IMG/VR virus record: IMGVR_UViG_3300001199_000005
Location: 64,001 to 128,000 of that record
DNA from: a virus
Length of the DNA: 64,000 bases
Strand: one strand, 5' to 3'
Positions 34,792 through 45,585 of the stretch are shown here, one piece after another. The translations under genes and the position numbers were made by a program. The notes beneath the pieces were generated by a model. The model saw nothing but the letters and a program-made list of their open reading frames with translations. It ran no database searches and had not been told where the DNA came from. Every line of letters starts with the position of its first letter. The stretch's first letter is position 1.

Positions 34792-37700
34792 GCGTAGAAT
34801 TTTCAAAAAAGTTCAATAGGGATTTGTTCCAACAACAAACCAATCTAGTTACCAGAAATAATGACGGTGTGAGTAGGTCTGGCGCTAATATTTTGGTTAC
34901 GTTCAAGAATGACTCCAATACAACTTTCATTGTTGCAAGCGAGGCAACGGGTGCCATTACAGCGCATCTTCCTGGTCAAATACTCACATATAGAAGGCAA
35001 GGAACAGGTTCGGGAACAGTAACTTTTGATTGTCAAGTTTCAGCTACTTGGAAAGTAATTTGTGGCGTAGCTCCATTTGCATCAGGTATAGTTTACGATA
35101 AAGGGTTTGGTTTGCTTATACCTGCAATTGCAGCTACAATTAGAACAGCAACTGGAAATACTTTTCCAATTACAGCTGATAGTGTTACTGGTGTTGCGTC
35201 GTCTATTTCTAGTTTGGGTGTGGGAGGATTAGTTGCTTATACCCCAATTACAACAATAGGTGCTGGAATTTTATCAGAAACTGGGGGTACTGTAACTTCA
35301 CAAACAGCATTTACCACTCTTATATATAGGAAACAAACAGCGACTGTTATAGGTTTTGACCCAACTAACAATACTGATTGGAAAGTAGTTCATGGTACAT
35401 ATACAATCCCATACCATAATGGATTACCTACAACAAGTAATACTTTAGCTGCTGCTCCTTTTGGAAATGATTTATCTAGTTCAAGAGTTATAGAAAAAAA
35501 ACCAACATTAATCGTAAAAAACAATTTTGGTAGTTCGTTCTCTGGGATAGATGGTTGGGATATTAGAACATCTGATTTCGTAACACCAAAAGTAGTAACC
35601 ACAGGTACTAACAAAATCACTTTTAATTTAACAGGTGGTTGTCAAGCTAGAAAAACAATACCTGAGTTAGCTGCATATAACGGCACTGTAAACGTATATA
35701 TTTGGGCTGGTTCAAATGGTGGTGGTTTATCTAATACACCAACAATATCAATAAATGGAGTTGCTGGTTCTTCACCAGGTGCGACAGGTGCCAATATTTT
35801 TCAAACACTAGGGAGTGCTGTTGTTCTTACGGGGGGCGGTTTGGGTGAGGTCGTATTAACATATCCAACCAGTAGTCCCGTAACGACTGCTCATTGGTAT
35901 AATTTTTTCTTTTTTAGTAGAGTAGAATTATCGTCATTACAACAATTCACCCATCCAAGCGGAACTACTGGAACACATTTTAGGGATTCCTATTTTAAAT
36001 CATTAATAGATTCCAAAATATTCAAAAACAAAGTTCCTTTAATCAGTTCGCTGTCTGGGGGAACGTTTATTGTTAACGATTGCGTAATACCTTTTTCAGA
36101 CGATACTGATTATTTTGAATTAGCAAACGATGGTGGTTACGGTGCATCTGGAGGGACAGCGGCAGGAGAGTTTATAGCTGGTGGAGTATCGGGAGCATGG
36201 CAAACTTTATTACCTTATAACCAAGATGGAAGTCCAAGGAATGATTTTTTTCCAAAGAAAACAATTCCTTATGAAATAAACCCAAAAGTTATTTTTACTG
36301 GGAAAGTCCCAGTAACTACTATAAATTTAAACATAACAATAGATTATAGGGGGGACGGTATTGTACTATTACAACAAACAGCAACAGGTGCTAGTGCGTG
36401 GAATAGTTTGGGGTTAACTAATATTGATTTAACGCCTATCAATACCAATCCATGTTTTAACTTACTTCCTTTAGTCGGAGGTACTTTTAGGGGATATGTT
36501 GGTTTCACCAATACAGCCTCTGGGGTAATTTCTTTAAGCAACTCCACTAGGGAAAAACTAAACGTGTTCATCACTAGAAACTTCCCTCACAACCTCAATG
36601 CTTCCACGGCTATTTGTTCAAATTGCGTGTTTTTGTCAGATTTGAAAGTAATTGGTATCATAGGCAGTCTTGTTAACAACGTGGTATATGGTACGTTCAG
36701 GTTGACACTTAACACTACAAGTGCAGGCTCTACCCCAACACCTACTCCTTTAACCGACGGTCAAATAACTACTTTGTTGACTACAACCATACAAAAAAAT
36801 GTTATTTTGGGAGCGGTGGAGATACATTACGGGGCAACGACAACGCTGTTCACATCATTGACAGACCCAACACTTTTAACAGCTTTTGGAGGTCGTGTAG
36901 CACCTTTGGTAGCTAATAATTATAGTACGATACCAACATTCAACGACCTTGTAGAAGAAGATTTTACAGTTGATAATACTAGTTTTTTATTTAGGTCTGG
37001 TACATCTACTTCTAATATAATATCTAGCAAGTTAGGTCTCCCTGTAACTTGGTCACCGTCAGGTGCAAATCCTGATACAATATCAGACTCTGCAACATTA
37101 TATATTTTAGGACATCAATTAAGACAATTTCATTATATCGGAAAAGATGAACTAGAATGCAGCATTGCCCAAGCAAGTGCAGGAATAAATAGTTCTGGTG
37201 TTTTCACTCCAGACGGTGCTTACAACGCACCTACTGATGAAAATTTAAAAACAGGTAGAGTTGGATTTTATATTAAACTGACTTTTGATACTAGTATTTA
37301 CGATAGTGTTTCGTTTCCAGATTGGATTTTTGTAGAGACAAACTCTGATGTTTATCTACAACTTGATTTAACTGACCTTTTGAATCCTATTGTTATTGGT
37401 TCACAATGGATTGATAAAGATGGAAATTTACTTACAAATGGAGTAAATACTGAAAATCTTATACCATTATGGAAAATAGGTAATGTATTATCTATTGATT
37501 ACAAACTATATTATCCCTCATTAATACATACTTTCAAAGGTATCACGGCAGTGGCACATCAAAATACAATTACAAATATTGATTTGAAAACTATATCAGC
37601 AGCTGACGACCAATCAGTTACTAGTGCGTCAAGATATACTAGTTTTATAGTATCACCAAGCAGTAATAACCCTATTGCAGAAAATACAACATTACCACTT

Positions 37701-37955
37701 AATTATATTAAATCAGGCTTAGATGTACCTGGAACTGTAGATTTAGTTAATGATGCTGAGAGCACCTCAATATCTTTAGTGCCGGGCGTAGCAGTCAATA
37801 TACCTTACGGCTTTAATAATATTTATACTATTGACGCCAAGGTAAGAAGACCTAACTCTCCAGCAGATAGATTAAAGTTAAGAAACATAGACGCAAACAG
37901 TTATACTGACGACACAGAACATAATACACCACCAACAAACACAGACTTAACATGA
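34788..37955 (+). CDS. Large tail fibre/receptor-binding-like protein
   Basis: 1055 aa, Thr/Gly/Ser-rich beta composition, in the structural module. Confidence 0.55.
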   Translation: MSVEFSKKFNRDLFQQQTNLVTRNNDGVSRSGANILVTFKNDSNTTFIVASEATGAITAHLPGQILTYRRQGTGSGTVTFDCQVSATWKVICGVAPFASGIVYDKGFGLLIPAIAATIRTATGNTFPITADSVTGVASSISSLGVGGLVAYTPITTIGAGILSETGGTVTSQTAFTTLIYRKQTATVIGFDPTNNTDWKVVHGTYTIPYHNGLPTTSNTLAAAPFGNDLSSSRVIEKKPTLIVKNNFGSSFSGIDGWDIRTSDFVTPKVVTTGTNKITFNLTGGCQARKTIPELAAYNGTVNVYIWAGSNGGGLSNTPTISINGVAGSSPGATGANIFQTLGSAVVLTGGGLGEVVLTYPTSSPVTTAHWYNFFFFSRVELSSLQQFTHPSGTTGTHFRDSYFKSLIDSKIFKNKVPLISSLSGGTFIVNDCVIPFSDDTDYFELANDGGYGASGGTAAGEFIAGGVSGAWQTLLPYNQDGSPRNDFFPKKTIPYEINPKVIFTGKVPVTTINLNITIDYRGDGIVLLQQTATGASAWNSLGLTNIDLTPINTNPCFNLLPLVGGTFRGYVGFTNTASGVISLSNSTREKLNVFITRNFPHNLNASTAICSNCVFLSDLKVIGIIGSLVNNVVYGTFRLTLNTTSAGSTPTPTPLTDGQITTLLTTTIQKNVILGAVEIHYGATTTLFTSLTDPTLLTAFGGRVAPLVANNYSTIPTFNDLVEEDFTVDNTSFLFRSGTSTSNIISSKLGLPVTWSPSGANPDTISDSATLYILGHQLRQFHYIGKDELECSIAQASAGINSSGVFTPDGAYNAPTDENLKTGRVGFYIKLTFDTSIYDSVSFPDWIFVETNSDVYLQLDLTDLLNPIVIGSQWIDKDGNLLTNGVNTENLIPLWKIGNVLSIDYKLYYPSLIHTFKGITAVAHQNTITNIDLKTISAADDQSVTSASRYTSFIVSPSSNNPIAENTTLPLNYIKSGLDVPGTVDLVNDAESTSISLVPGVAVNIPYGFNNIYTIDAKVRRPNSPADRLKLRNIDANSYTDDTEHNTPPTNTDLT

Positions 37956-38281
37956 ACGATGAACAATTAGCAGCGGCGGCATTAGAGAAAGAACAAGAAG
38001 CTAAGAGAATTAGGGATATTCTTTCAGATGAACCAACATTTAATAGCCTTTTAACATTATTTCCAGATATAAATACTGTAACTAGAATTTATATTGAATT
38101 ACAGGATGGCAATTTAAAAGTAGTTTTAAACGATAAGACTTCAGTATTTAAAACTATAGATTATACTATGCCCGATACAACTGTAGTTCCAATAGTAGGA
38201 TTACTAACACAAGCACTAGTAGATAAGGCAACTACATTATTTGCAGATAAAAAAGCAGAAATTATTGCTTCTTTAAGTTAA
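37952..38281 (+). CDS. Hypothetical protein, possible fibre chaperone
   Basis: Small acidic ORF coupled to the fibre gene. Confidence 0.5.
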   Translation: MNDEQLAAAALEKEQEAKRIRDILSDEPTFNSLLTLFPDINTVTRIYIELQDGNLKVVLNDKTSVFKTIDYTMPDTTVVPIVGLLTQALVDKATTLFADKKAEIIASLS

Positions 38282-38287
38282 TTTATT

Positions 38288-38587
38288 ATGAAATATTTTG
38301 TTTTAGCTTTTTTAACCTTTATAATTGGTAACATTAGCGGTCTATACCTTTATCCTATTGTTGAACCTGTTGAAACCAATAATTATAAAGAAGTTGCTGA
38401 TTCATTAAAAAATGAAATAGAGCTGCTTATAGTTAAAGCAGACAGCTTAGATAGTTTAATAATTATAGAAACTAATAAGATTGATATAATAAAGTATAAT
38501 TATAATGACGAAAAGAATACTGTTGATAGTTTTGATTCTACTGCCATTCTGCAGTTTTTCTCAGAATATCAAACCGAAGATTACTAA
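38288..38587 (+). CDS. Putative inner-membrane spanin-like protein
   Basis: N-terminal TM helix followed by coiled coil. Confidence 0.55.
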   Translation: MKYFVLAFLTFIIGNISGLYLYPIVEPVETNNYKEVADSLKNEIELLIVKADSLDSLIIIETNKIDIIKYNYNDEKNTVDSFDSTAILQFFSEYQTEDY

Positions 38588-38903
38588 GGACGGTTATCTT
38601 TTTGATACATTACAGACTAAACTATTAGTAAAAGAACTGATAGCTAAAGATTACTACAAATCACTAAGTATATCATACGAACAGCAATTAGAACTGTTAA
38701 ACAAAAGAATAGTAATCAGTGATTCTACAATAAAAAATTGTAAAAAATTAGTGTCCACACAGGATAGTTTAATAGAGAGTAAAGAACTCGAATTACAACA
38801 AACTAAAAGATTATCAGCTAGAGAGAACAAAAAGTTAAAGAAAAGAATATTCTTAACAGAGGCTGGAGCTATAGTATTGTTTGTTTTAGGAATATTAATA
38901 TGA
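38505..38903 (+). CDS. Putative spanin partner
   Basis: Signal peptide, coiled coil, C-terminal TM; overlaps the previous gene. Confidence 0.5.
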   Translation: MTKRILLIVLILLPFCSFSQNIKPKITKDGYLFDTLQTKLLVKELIAKDYYKSLSISYEQQLELLNKRIVISDSTIKNCKKLVSTQDSLIESKELELQQTKRLSARENKKLKKRIFLTEAGAIVLFVLGILI

Positions 38904-38907
38904 AATT

Positions 38908-39885
38908 ATGGAGAAAAACGATATTTCGGTATCTGATTTATTTGATTCAGATGTTGATGAAAAAATTGAGAAAGAGGCAGCAATAGCTGTAGAAAAGCCA
39001 GTAGGGGATAAAGAAGAAGTAACAAAAACTGCTTTAGATTTATACCTAGAAAGCTATCATGTTAAAGACAAGATGCTGTCGTTTGAAGACGAAACAGGTA
39101 CAATCGTAAATAAAAACTTTGATGAATTACCAGTTGAAGAACAATTTACTATTTTAACTGAATTAGCACAAAGTCAAATACCAAACATAGAACCAGCCGA
39201 TTTAAAGATACTAAACGAATTATACACGCAAGGAATTAGTTTACAAGAGTATCTCTCAACAAATAATCAAGAGGCTGTAGTATATACAGTAGATGATTTT
39301 AATGATGAGGACTTATTTAAGTTCGACTTAAAAGAAAAAGTTCCAGATATTACTGATGAAGATTTAGAAGCTGAGTATAAAAGCGCAAAAGATAGTAAGT
39401 TTTTTGTAAAAAATATGGAAACTCTTAGGGCTACATATAAAGATATTGAAACTAGACATAACTATCAAAAGGAATTAGCTGAGGAACAAAAGGCCAAGGA
39501 AGAATACGAAAAGGAACGTTTGCTAATAACTAACGTAACTAACAATTTAAAAAATATACATGGCTTTCCTGTTAATGACGGCCATAGACAACAAATTAAC
39601 GAATTATTAACAACCGTTAATAATAAAACAGGTACTTCTTTCTTCATTGAGGAAATCAGTAAACCTGAAAATATGGTAAATATAGCATGGTATTTATCGT
39701 ATGGAGACGAAGCTTTCAATCAACTTGCAACTTATTACAAGAAACAAGTTACTGAAGCCTACAATAGGGGTAAAGCAGAAGCAACCGATAACTTCCCCGG
39801 AGCGCCTATTGCTAAAAAAAGCCATCTAATAACTAACAAAGACAAAAAACAATCAACCACAATTCAAGACTTATATAACGAGTAA
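38908..39885 (+). CDS. Putative capsid scaffolding protein
   Basis: Acidic coiled-coil protein immediately upstream of MCP. Confidence 0.6.
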   Translation: MEKNDISVSDLFDSDVDEKIEKEAAIAVEKPVGDKEEVTKTALDLYLESYHVKDKMLSFEDETGTIVNKNFDELPVEEQFTILTELAQSQIPNIEPADLKILNELYTQGISLQEYLSTNNQEAVVYTVDDFNDEDLFKFDLKEKVPDITDEDLEAEYKSAKDSKFFVKNMETLRATYKDIETRHNYQKELAEEQKAKEEYEKERLLITNVTNNLKNIHGFPVNDGHRQQINELLTTVNNKTGTSFFIEEISKPENMVNIAWYLSYGDEAFNQLATYYKKQVTEAYNRGKAEATDNFPGAPIAKKSHLITNKDKKQSTTIQDLYNE

Positions 39886-39887
39886 TT

Positions 39888-41297
39888 ATGAAAATTATAG
39901 ACTATACAACCGTAAAAGCCACTATGGGGGATACCAAGACCGTTCAGGACTTTGGTAAGTGGATTGGTAACAAACCCCACAAACTAGGCCTAGTAGCTTC
40001 AATGTATGAAGATTTGGCTGCTACATATCTTACAGATAGCCTTTTGAACATCTACTACAATGAACGTAGTGCAAACCAATTCCAACCTGTCGATTCTACG
40101 GTCGTAGAATGGTTCTTGGACCAAAACTTCATTGAGAAGATTTACATTGCTACAGACGTAACAGGCACTACTCCAGGCCTTAACAAGTTAGAATTTGACA
40201 TCACATTTACACGTAAATATTATGACAAATACGACACTTTCACTCTTGAGAACCGCCAACAACTATTTGTTGTTCAAACACCAACTCGTTTAGCTACCAA
40301 CCTTTGGAGATATACTGTTCGCTTAGTAGGTAATGACCTAACTAAGAGCGCAGATAAAAACTTTATGAAGAAAGGTAACTACACCCGTTTGCGTTCAAAC
40401 TACCACCCAGAACTTTCTGAAATGGGTTACTCTAAATTCCAGTCAAACACTGAAATGCACCGTAATCATCTTTCATTACACAGAGCTTCTGCTACTTTCT
40501 CTCAACAATATGCTGTTCTTGAGGATGTATACTTAGCTACTGCTGAAAAAGGTGAAGCTGTTTACTTGAAAATGAACAAGAAAGAAAAAGAATGTACTGA
40601 TTCTTTCATGTATGCCCGTAACCAACATATCTTGTTTGGTAAGTCAAACTTTGATATTAATGGTAAATGCTTAGACCAAGATGCTCAAGGCCGAGATATT
40701 CCAATGGGTGATGGTATTGTTCATCAACTAGAACGCTATTGCGATAAAATGGTTTACTCTCGTCTTTCTGTCAACGTATTTGACGAAATGCTTGATACCA
40801 TGGTGTCTAAAGCTGCTAAAGCAACTGGTAACAAATTTGTGTTTATCGTTAACGAAAAACTATGGTCACGTATCAACCGTGTTCTACGTGATTTCTTGAA
40901 AGGATATGCACAAGATGGTACATACTTCTTCTCTAAAGCGAAAAATGGTGAAGTTAAAGTAGGTGCTACTTTCTCTAGCTATGAAATTGGCGGAAACGTT
41001 ATTAGCTTCACAGTTGACCGTTGTTTATCACATGAGTATGATAGCTTCGAATATGGTATCATGGTTGACGTTACTCCTGATACTTCTACTGGTCGTCCAG
41101 GTATCGCAATGTTCTCACTTAAAGGTTCTGATATGTTATCAGGTAACTTGAAAGGTATGGGTGGATTGTCTGGTACTGAAAGTGGTGATGTGGCTACTCC
41201 TGTAGCCGGTTCAAGCTACCACTTAATGGGCTACTCTGGAGTTGCAGTATTCAATCCTTACCGTTCATTTATTTTGCAACAATCTGTAATTGCGTAA
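39888..41297 (+). CDS. Major capsid protein, crAss-like
   Basis: 469 aa, strong codon bias, SNYHPELSEMGY, GDGIVHQ, GYSGVAVFNPYRSFI; followed by a terminator. Confidence 0.9.
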   Translation: MKIIDYTTVKATMGDTKTVQDFGKWIGNKPHKLGLVASMYEDLAATYLTDSLLNIYYNERSANQFQPVDSTVVEWFLDQNFIEKIYIATDVTGTTPGLNKLEFDITFTRKYYDKYDTFTLENRQQLFVVQTPTRLATNLWRYTVRLVGNDLTKSADKNFMKKGNYTRLRSNYHPELSEMGYSKFQSNTEMHRNHLSLHRASATFSQQYAVLEDVYLATAEKGEAVYLKMNKKEKECTDSFMYARNQHILFGKSNFDINGKCLDQDAQGRDIPMGDGIVHQLERYCDKMVYSRLSVNVFDEMLDTMVSKAAKATGNKFVFIVNEKLWSRINRVLRDFLKGYAQDGTYFFSKAKNGEVKVGATFSSYEIGGNVISFTVDRCLSHEYDSFEYGIMVDVTPDTSTGRPGIAMFSLKGSDMLSGNLKGMGGLSGTESGDVATPVAGSSYHLMGYSGVAVFNPYRSFILQQSVIA

Positions 41298-41324
41298 GCA
41301 ATAAACAGGTTTAAATTAACATTT

Positions 41325-41367
41325 AAGAAAGGTTCTGTGACTAAAAATACAGAACCTTTCTTTATTT
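41325..41367 (+). terminator. Terminator after MCP
   Basis: AAGAAAGGTTCTGT..ACAGAACCTTTCTT followed by TATTT. Confidence 0.85.
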
Positions 41368-41434
41368 ATAGTAAAAAGGTGAAATTTTTCCCCTTTTTAT
41401 TTGTTAAAAGTATTTTAGTAGTATATTTATAAGC

Positions 41435-41599
41435 ATGAAACCAACACATATTGAAAATATAACAACTAAAGATACAATAGTAGCAACATCACTAACAAGG
41501 GCAGCCAAGTTTTTTGGATTGAATCCTAAGTCAGTGAAGAAGTATGTAGATACAGATAATATCTACTTACGTCAGTTTAAGATTCAATATTTAAAATGA
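41435..41599 (+). CDS. Small NUMOD1/HTH-like protein (54 aa)
   Basis: MKPTHIENITTKDTIVATSLTRAAKFFGLNPKSVKKY..; promoter-like TTTG-N18-TATATTTA upstream. Confidence 0.55.
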   Translation: MKPTHIENITTKDTIVATSLTRAAKFFGLNPKSVKKYVDTDNIYLRQFKIQYLK

Positions 41600-41603
41600 A
41601 ATT

Positions 41604-42386
41604 ATGGAATTAGCAACAGTTACAGATTCAATGCTGTCAGACAATATTATTGTCTTAAAATCTTTACACAAAGTAAGGAAATTTAAAATTCAAGCTACTC
41701 AAGATAGAAATGGCAGATGGCTTGGCGGAGTTAAAAATGTAGACTCAAATGGTGATATGATACTAAGTGATAAAGATGACAAGTCACTCTTTTATTTAAG
41801 TATAGATGACATCATTGAAGTTTATGATGGTATGGAACTTAACCTTTCAGACCAAAGAGATAAAACAATTTGGGAAATGATTCAACATAGTCCAGTTATA
41901 GCTAGCTCAAGAGAAGAGGCGGACAGGTCAGAATTTAAAGAATTCTTTGTATTCAAACCTGGTTTCGAAGCTAAGAAAAGAGTTAGTACTGCAAAGACTA
42001 AACACGAAGCAGAATCATTCATATTTGCAGAATCGCCTGAAGGTCTTTATAAGATATGTAGAATTCTTGGTCACGATATGACTAGTGCAGGTTTTTCAGA
42101 AGTGCAGGAATACTTATTAAGTATAGCGCATGAAACACCAGAAGTTATTATCAATGCTTTCAAGAACCCGGCTATGAAAACTAAGTTATTCTTGCTGGAC
42201 GCAATAGAGAAAAAAGTAATTAGTTATAAGAATGGAGTTTATACCTATGAAGGTGGAGAAACAATTCAAATACTAGGTATTTCAGAAAATGCAGTAATCG
42301 AGTATTTGAATGCTGTTGAAAATAAAAAAATAACCGATTTAATAAAGGCAGAAGTTTATCCAAACTATGCAAAAAAATCTAAATGA
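41604..42386 (+). CDS. Conserved crAss-like post-capsid protein
   Basis: Synteny after MCP; 260 aa. Confidence 0.65.
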   Translation: MELATVTDSMLSDNIIVLKSLHKVRKFKIQATQDRNGRWLGGVKNVDSNGDMILSDKDDKSLFYLSIDDIIEVYDGMELNLSDQRDKTIWEMIQHSPVIASSREEADRSEFKEFFVFKPGFEAKKRVSTAKTKHEAESFIFAESPEGLYKICRILGHDMTSAGFSEVQEYLLSIAHETPEVIINAFKNPAMKTKLFLLDAIEKKVISYKNGVYTYEGGETIQILGISENAVIEYLNAVENKKITDLIKAEVYPNYAKKSK

Positions 42387-43804
42387 CAGATAAACAAGCT
42401 TACCAATCATATTTAATTGAAGCAAATAAAGTAGAATCACCAACAATCTTATTAGAAGATTTTAACTATTTTCTAACTAAGGCTATTAATAATTTTGCTA
42501 ATAAGCAGTATAATCAATACGCTTTAACTCAGCAAATTGATGATAATACTGCTGTGTTAACACAAACAATTGAATATGATTTAGTAGCTAACAGAATGAA
42601 AACTAGTAGCCCTTTATCAGACAATAAGTTTACATTACAACCTGTTATCCCTATTACAGTAAATAATAGAAGTTTTACAATAGAATTAATTACTGCTGGT
42701 ATTCTAGCAAATTCACCTATAACTTTAACCTGTGTAGGGCTACCAGCTTTACCTGTTACTATTTTAAATGGAGATGTTGTTTATATTGATATTACACTTG
42801 GTTCTAATTTATATAAAGGGTATTTTACAGCTTTAAATGCTACTGGTACAACATTTGATATTCAAGGCAATGGTTTTAGCGCCGTGCCCGCAGGTACTTA
42901 CATAGGAGTAGGGCACACTGTTTCTACCTTTACTGGTTTTCATATTGACTCTATTAATGTTACACCTAATCTTGTCACTATAGTAACTGCTGAAAAAGTA
43001 ACTGAGCCGCGTAATATTTACTACCATATCGCAAAAGAACATCTTACTAAAGATGTTATGGTTTATGTAGGAAATATTACTGGAAACTATATACCAGATG
43101 GTATTTATAAAGTAGCCAGAATAATTGACGAAGTGACTATTCAAATAGAGGGAACTTTTAACACTATAAATATTCCAAGTAGTTTCTTAGAAAATAATGG
43201 AGTAATATTTAAGTATGATGGTCCAACAACTGAAACTAGCTCAGCTAATAGCTTACCCTATTCTAAGTTTAAACCTGTTAAAACTGCTAAATCAGTAACA
43301 ATACCTTTACCTAATAATTACTACCACTTAACTGGATGTACAATTAGTTATGAAGCAACCAAAGACTATAAGTGTTATGATAAAGGCGAAGTATTCGAAG
43401 AAACTGTCAAAAGACTTACAACAGATGCGAAAGCATTTATAAAAAATAATTATTACCTAAAACCTGCAATTAACAGGCCTTATTTCTCTGTTAAAAACAG
43501 ACTTGGTAACGTAGTACCAGACCTAGAAATAGAAACAGGCGTATTACCAGATAGTGTAAAAATTAAAGCAATAACAGTAGACTGTTTAAGAACTCCATCA
43601 AAAGTGGAACTCTTAGACTCTGTTTTAAATGACCCAAACCATCCAGGAATACCTATGGAATTCCCTGAATATATATGTTTGGAGATAATTAATGAATTGG
43701 TTCTTCTAGCTTTAGAGAATCAATCAGACCCACGGGCTGGGCAGGTTTATCAAATAAACCAAAGTATAGCCCCAACTAATCAACAACAAAATAAAACAAA
43801 ATAA
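42383..43804 (+). CDS. Tail ring/adaptor protein with a beta-rich insertion
   Basis: crAss-like ends LEDFNYF..QQIDD and NYYLKP..RPY..EFPEYIC..LENQSDPR. Confidence 0.65.
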   Translation: MTDKQAYQSYLIEANKVESPTILLEDFNYFLTKAINNFANKQYNQYALTQQIDDNTAVLTQTIEYDLVANRMKTSSPLSDNKFTLQPVIPITVNNRSFTIELITAGILANSPITLTCVGLPALPVTILNGDVVYIDITLGSNLYKGYFTALNATGTTFDIQGNGFSAVPAGTYIGVGHTVSTFTGFHIDSINVTPNLVTIVTAEKVTEPRNIYYHIAKEHLTKDVMVYVGNITGNYIPDGIYKVARIIDEVTIQIEGTFNTINIPSSFLENNGVIFKYDGPTTETSSANSLPYSKFKPVKTAKSVTIPLPNNYYHLTGCTISYEATKDYKCYDKGEVFEETVKRLTTDAKAFIKNNYYLKPAINRPYFSVKNRLGNVVPDLEIETGVLPDSVKIKAITVDCLRTPSKVELLDSVLNDPNHPGIPMEFPEYICLEIINELVLLALENQSDPRAGQVYQINQSIAPTNQQQNKTK

Positions 43805-43827
43805 TCAAACTTTAACCAAAATAAAAT

Positions 43828-44922
43828 ATGTTTAGTTTAAATAAAATTCACATAATAAATAGTTCTACTGATTTCCCAGTGGACTTCTTTAATGCTAATA
43901 ATGCAAGTGTCGGACCATCTGTTGCCGGCACTGTGTCAATGAACCTAATAGGTGTCGGGCTAATAGACAAAAGAAAAGTAACCATTACTAATGTTCGTGG
44001 CGCAAGAGCAACTGCACCTGTTAAACAGGTTGTTACAATTGCTCATAGTGATTTAACCTTAGTTATACCGTCTGTGACTACAGAGGCTACCTTTGTGTTC
44101 GATACTTTTACTACTAATAATGAAGTACAATGGGGTCGTGACCGTCTACGTGCGGGTAGTGAAGTTGCTTTTCAAGTACTAATAGGAACTATTGGCACCA
44201 ACGCACAAATTAGGTCAAAATCTATTATAGACTTGCATAATGGTATAGTTCAACATAATGAACTTACTGAAGGACCTTTTACAAGTACATTGACTACAAC
44301 TGGCGGCACAAGCCCGGTTACAGGAGCGACAGGTATTGTACCTTCTGATGGTTCGACTACTGCAAGTATTGTTCTTACACTACGTAATGAGCATCTATTT
44401 ATCAAAACATTAAACATTGTAAATGATAATCAAGAAACTTCAGAAACATTAGTACCATCTGTTACAGCAATTCCCGGCTCTGCACTAGAAACTACTGCTC
44501 GTAAAGAAGGTCGTAACACTGGAGCATTGTTACAAGAAAATGAAAGATTACTTACTGATGTTTCAGTTCGTCCTTTCGGAGATGGTCAACAAGAATTACC
44601 TATTAAAAGCGCTCTATATGCTGAGTTATCATTTGATACCCTAGCTGTTAGAACAGACATGAATATTGGTACTCAAAGTATTGCTGGCAGCACTAATTTG
44701 ACTTCAAAAACAAATTATGTTCTTTATATAAATGAAACTTTGGCAGGACCTGACGTTTATTTATCTGAAATTGCTCAATTCCTGTTTGGTAACGGTATTG
44801 ACCCTGCTACAGGGATAGCTTATGATGCTACCGACTTTGGTGATTACTTGTTAGATACAAACGATGTCGCTACTGTAGATGCTGGTACTTATGATACAAC
44901 AACAGACCTTTGGGCAGCTTAA
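43828..44922 (+). CDS. Putative auxiliary capsid/structural protein
   Basis: High-expression codon bias and synteny. Confidence 0.55.
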   Translation: MFSLNKIHIINSSTDFPVDFFNANNASVGPSVAGTVSMNLIGVGLIDKRKVTITNVRGARATAPVKQVVTIAHSDLTLVIPSVTTEATFVFDTFTTNNEVQWGRDRLRAGSEVAFQVLIGTIGTNAQIRSKSIIDLHNGIVQHNELTEGPFTSTLTTTGGTSPVTGATGIVPSDGSTTASIVLTLRNEHLFIKTLNIVNDNQETSETLVPSVTAIPGSALETTARKEGRNTGALLQENERLLTDVSVRPFGDGQQELPIKSALYAELSFDTLAVRTDMNIGTQSIAGSTNLTSKTNYVLYINETLAGPDVYLSEIAQFLFGNGIDPATGIAYDATDFGDYLLDTNDVATVDAGTYDTTTDLWAA

Positions 44923-44925
44923 TAT

Positions 44926-45585
44926 ATGACGCTTGACCAACTGGCTTCAGCTGTTCAAAATGACATCCATACTGGATTACAAGGAGTAGGGAATATCCCT
45001 TACTCCTTAGACCAGTTAAAGGATGACCTACTCTTACAAAGGGCTTCTTTTCTTGTAAATCTATACAAGAAGGGAGCCCTAAAGGAGTTTGAGATTTATC
45101 AAAAAATACCTTGTATAACAACAGATTGCCAAGATTTGGCAAAATGCTGTAAAGGACCAAAAGGAATAGCACCAACAGTGCATTTTGAAATTCCTAAATT
45201 AGTCTTGGCCCTTGGAGAAAAAACCGTTAAATTTATTGGAGCGGCGGATTATAGTATAGAATATAAAGTATATTTGGACACTACATTCAGATACTCTAAT
45301 TATCGTAGATATGGTAACAATTTACCATTTGTTTTTGTAGATACAACTTTAAACGGCAATGGTAAGTTTGATTGCTTCCTATTCAACGCTACACCAAAAG
45401 TACTTACAGTAGAAATTATTCCTTTCAATCCAGAAGAGTTATCTGAATACTCTTGCTGTGCTAATCCTGAATTTGACCCAACAGGTTTTATATCTTCAGA
45501 AATAAAAACAGCAGTAACTGAAAAATACATTAGACATTACAGACAATTAAACTTTGGCCCAACAACTAATACACAAACAGCATGA
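44926..45585 (+). CDS. Tail ring protein
   Basis: LASAVQNDI..SLDQLKDD..HFEIP, crAss-like. Confidence 0.6.
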   Translation: MTLDQLASAVQNDIHTGLQGVGNIPYSLDQLKDDLLLQRASFLVNLYKKGALKEFEIYQKIPCITTDCQDLAKCCKGPKGIAPTVHFEIPKLVLALGEKTVKFIGAADYSIEYKVYLDTTFRYSNYRRYGNNLPFVFVDTTLNGNGKFDCFLFNATPKVLTVEIIPFNPEELSEYSCCANPEFDPTGFISSEIKTAVTEKYIRHYRQLNFGPTTNTQTA

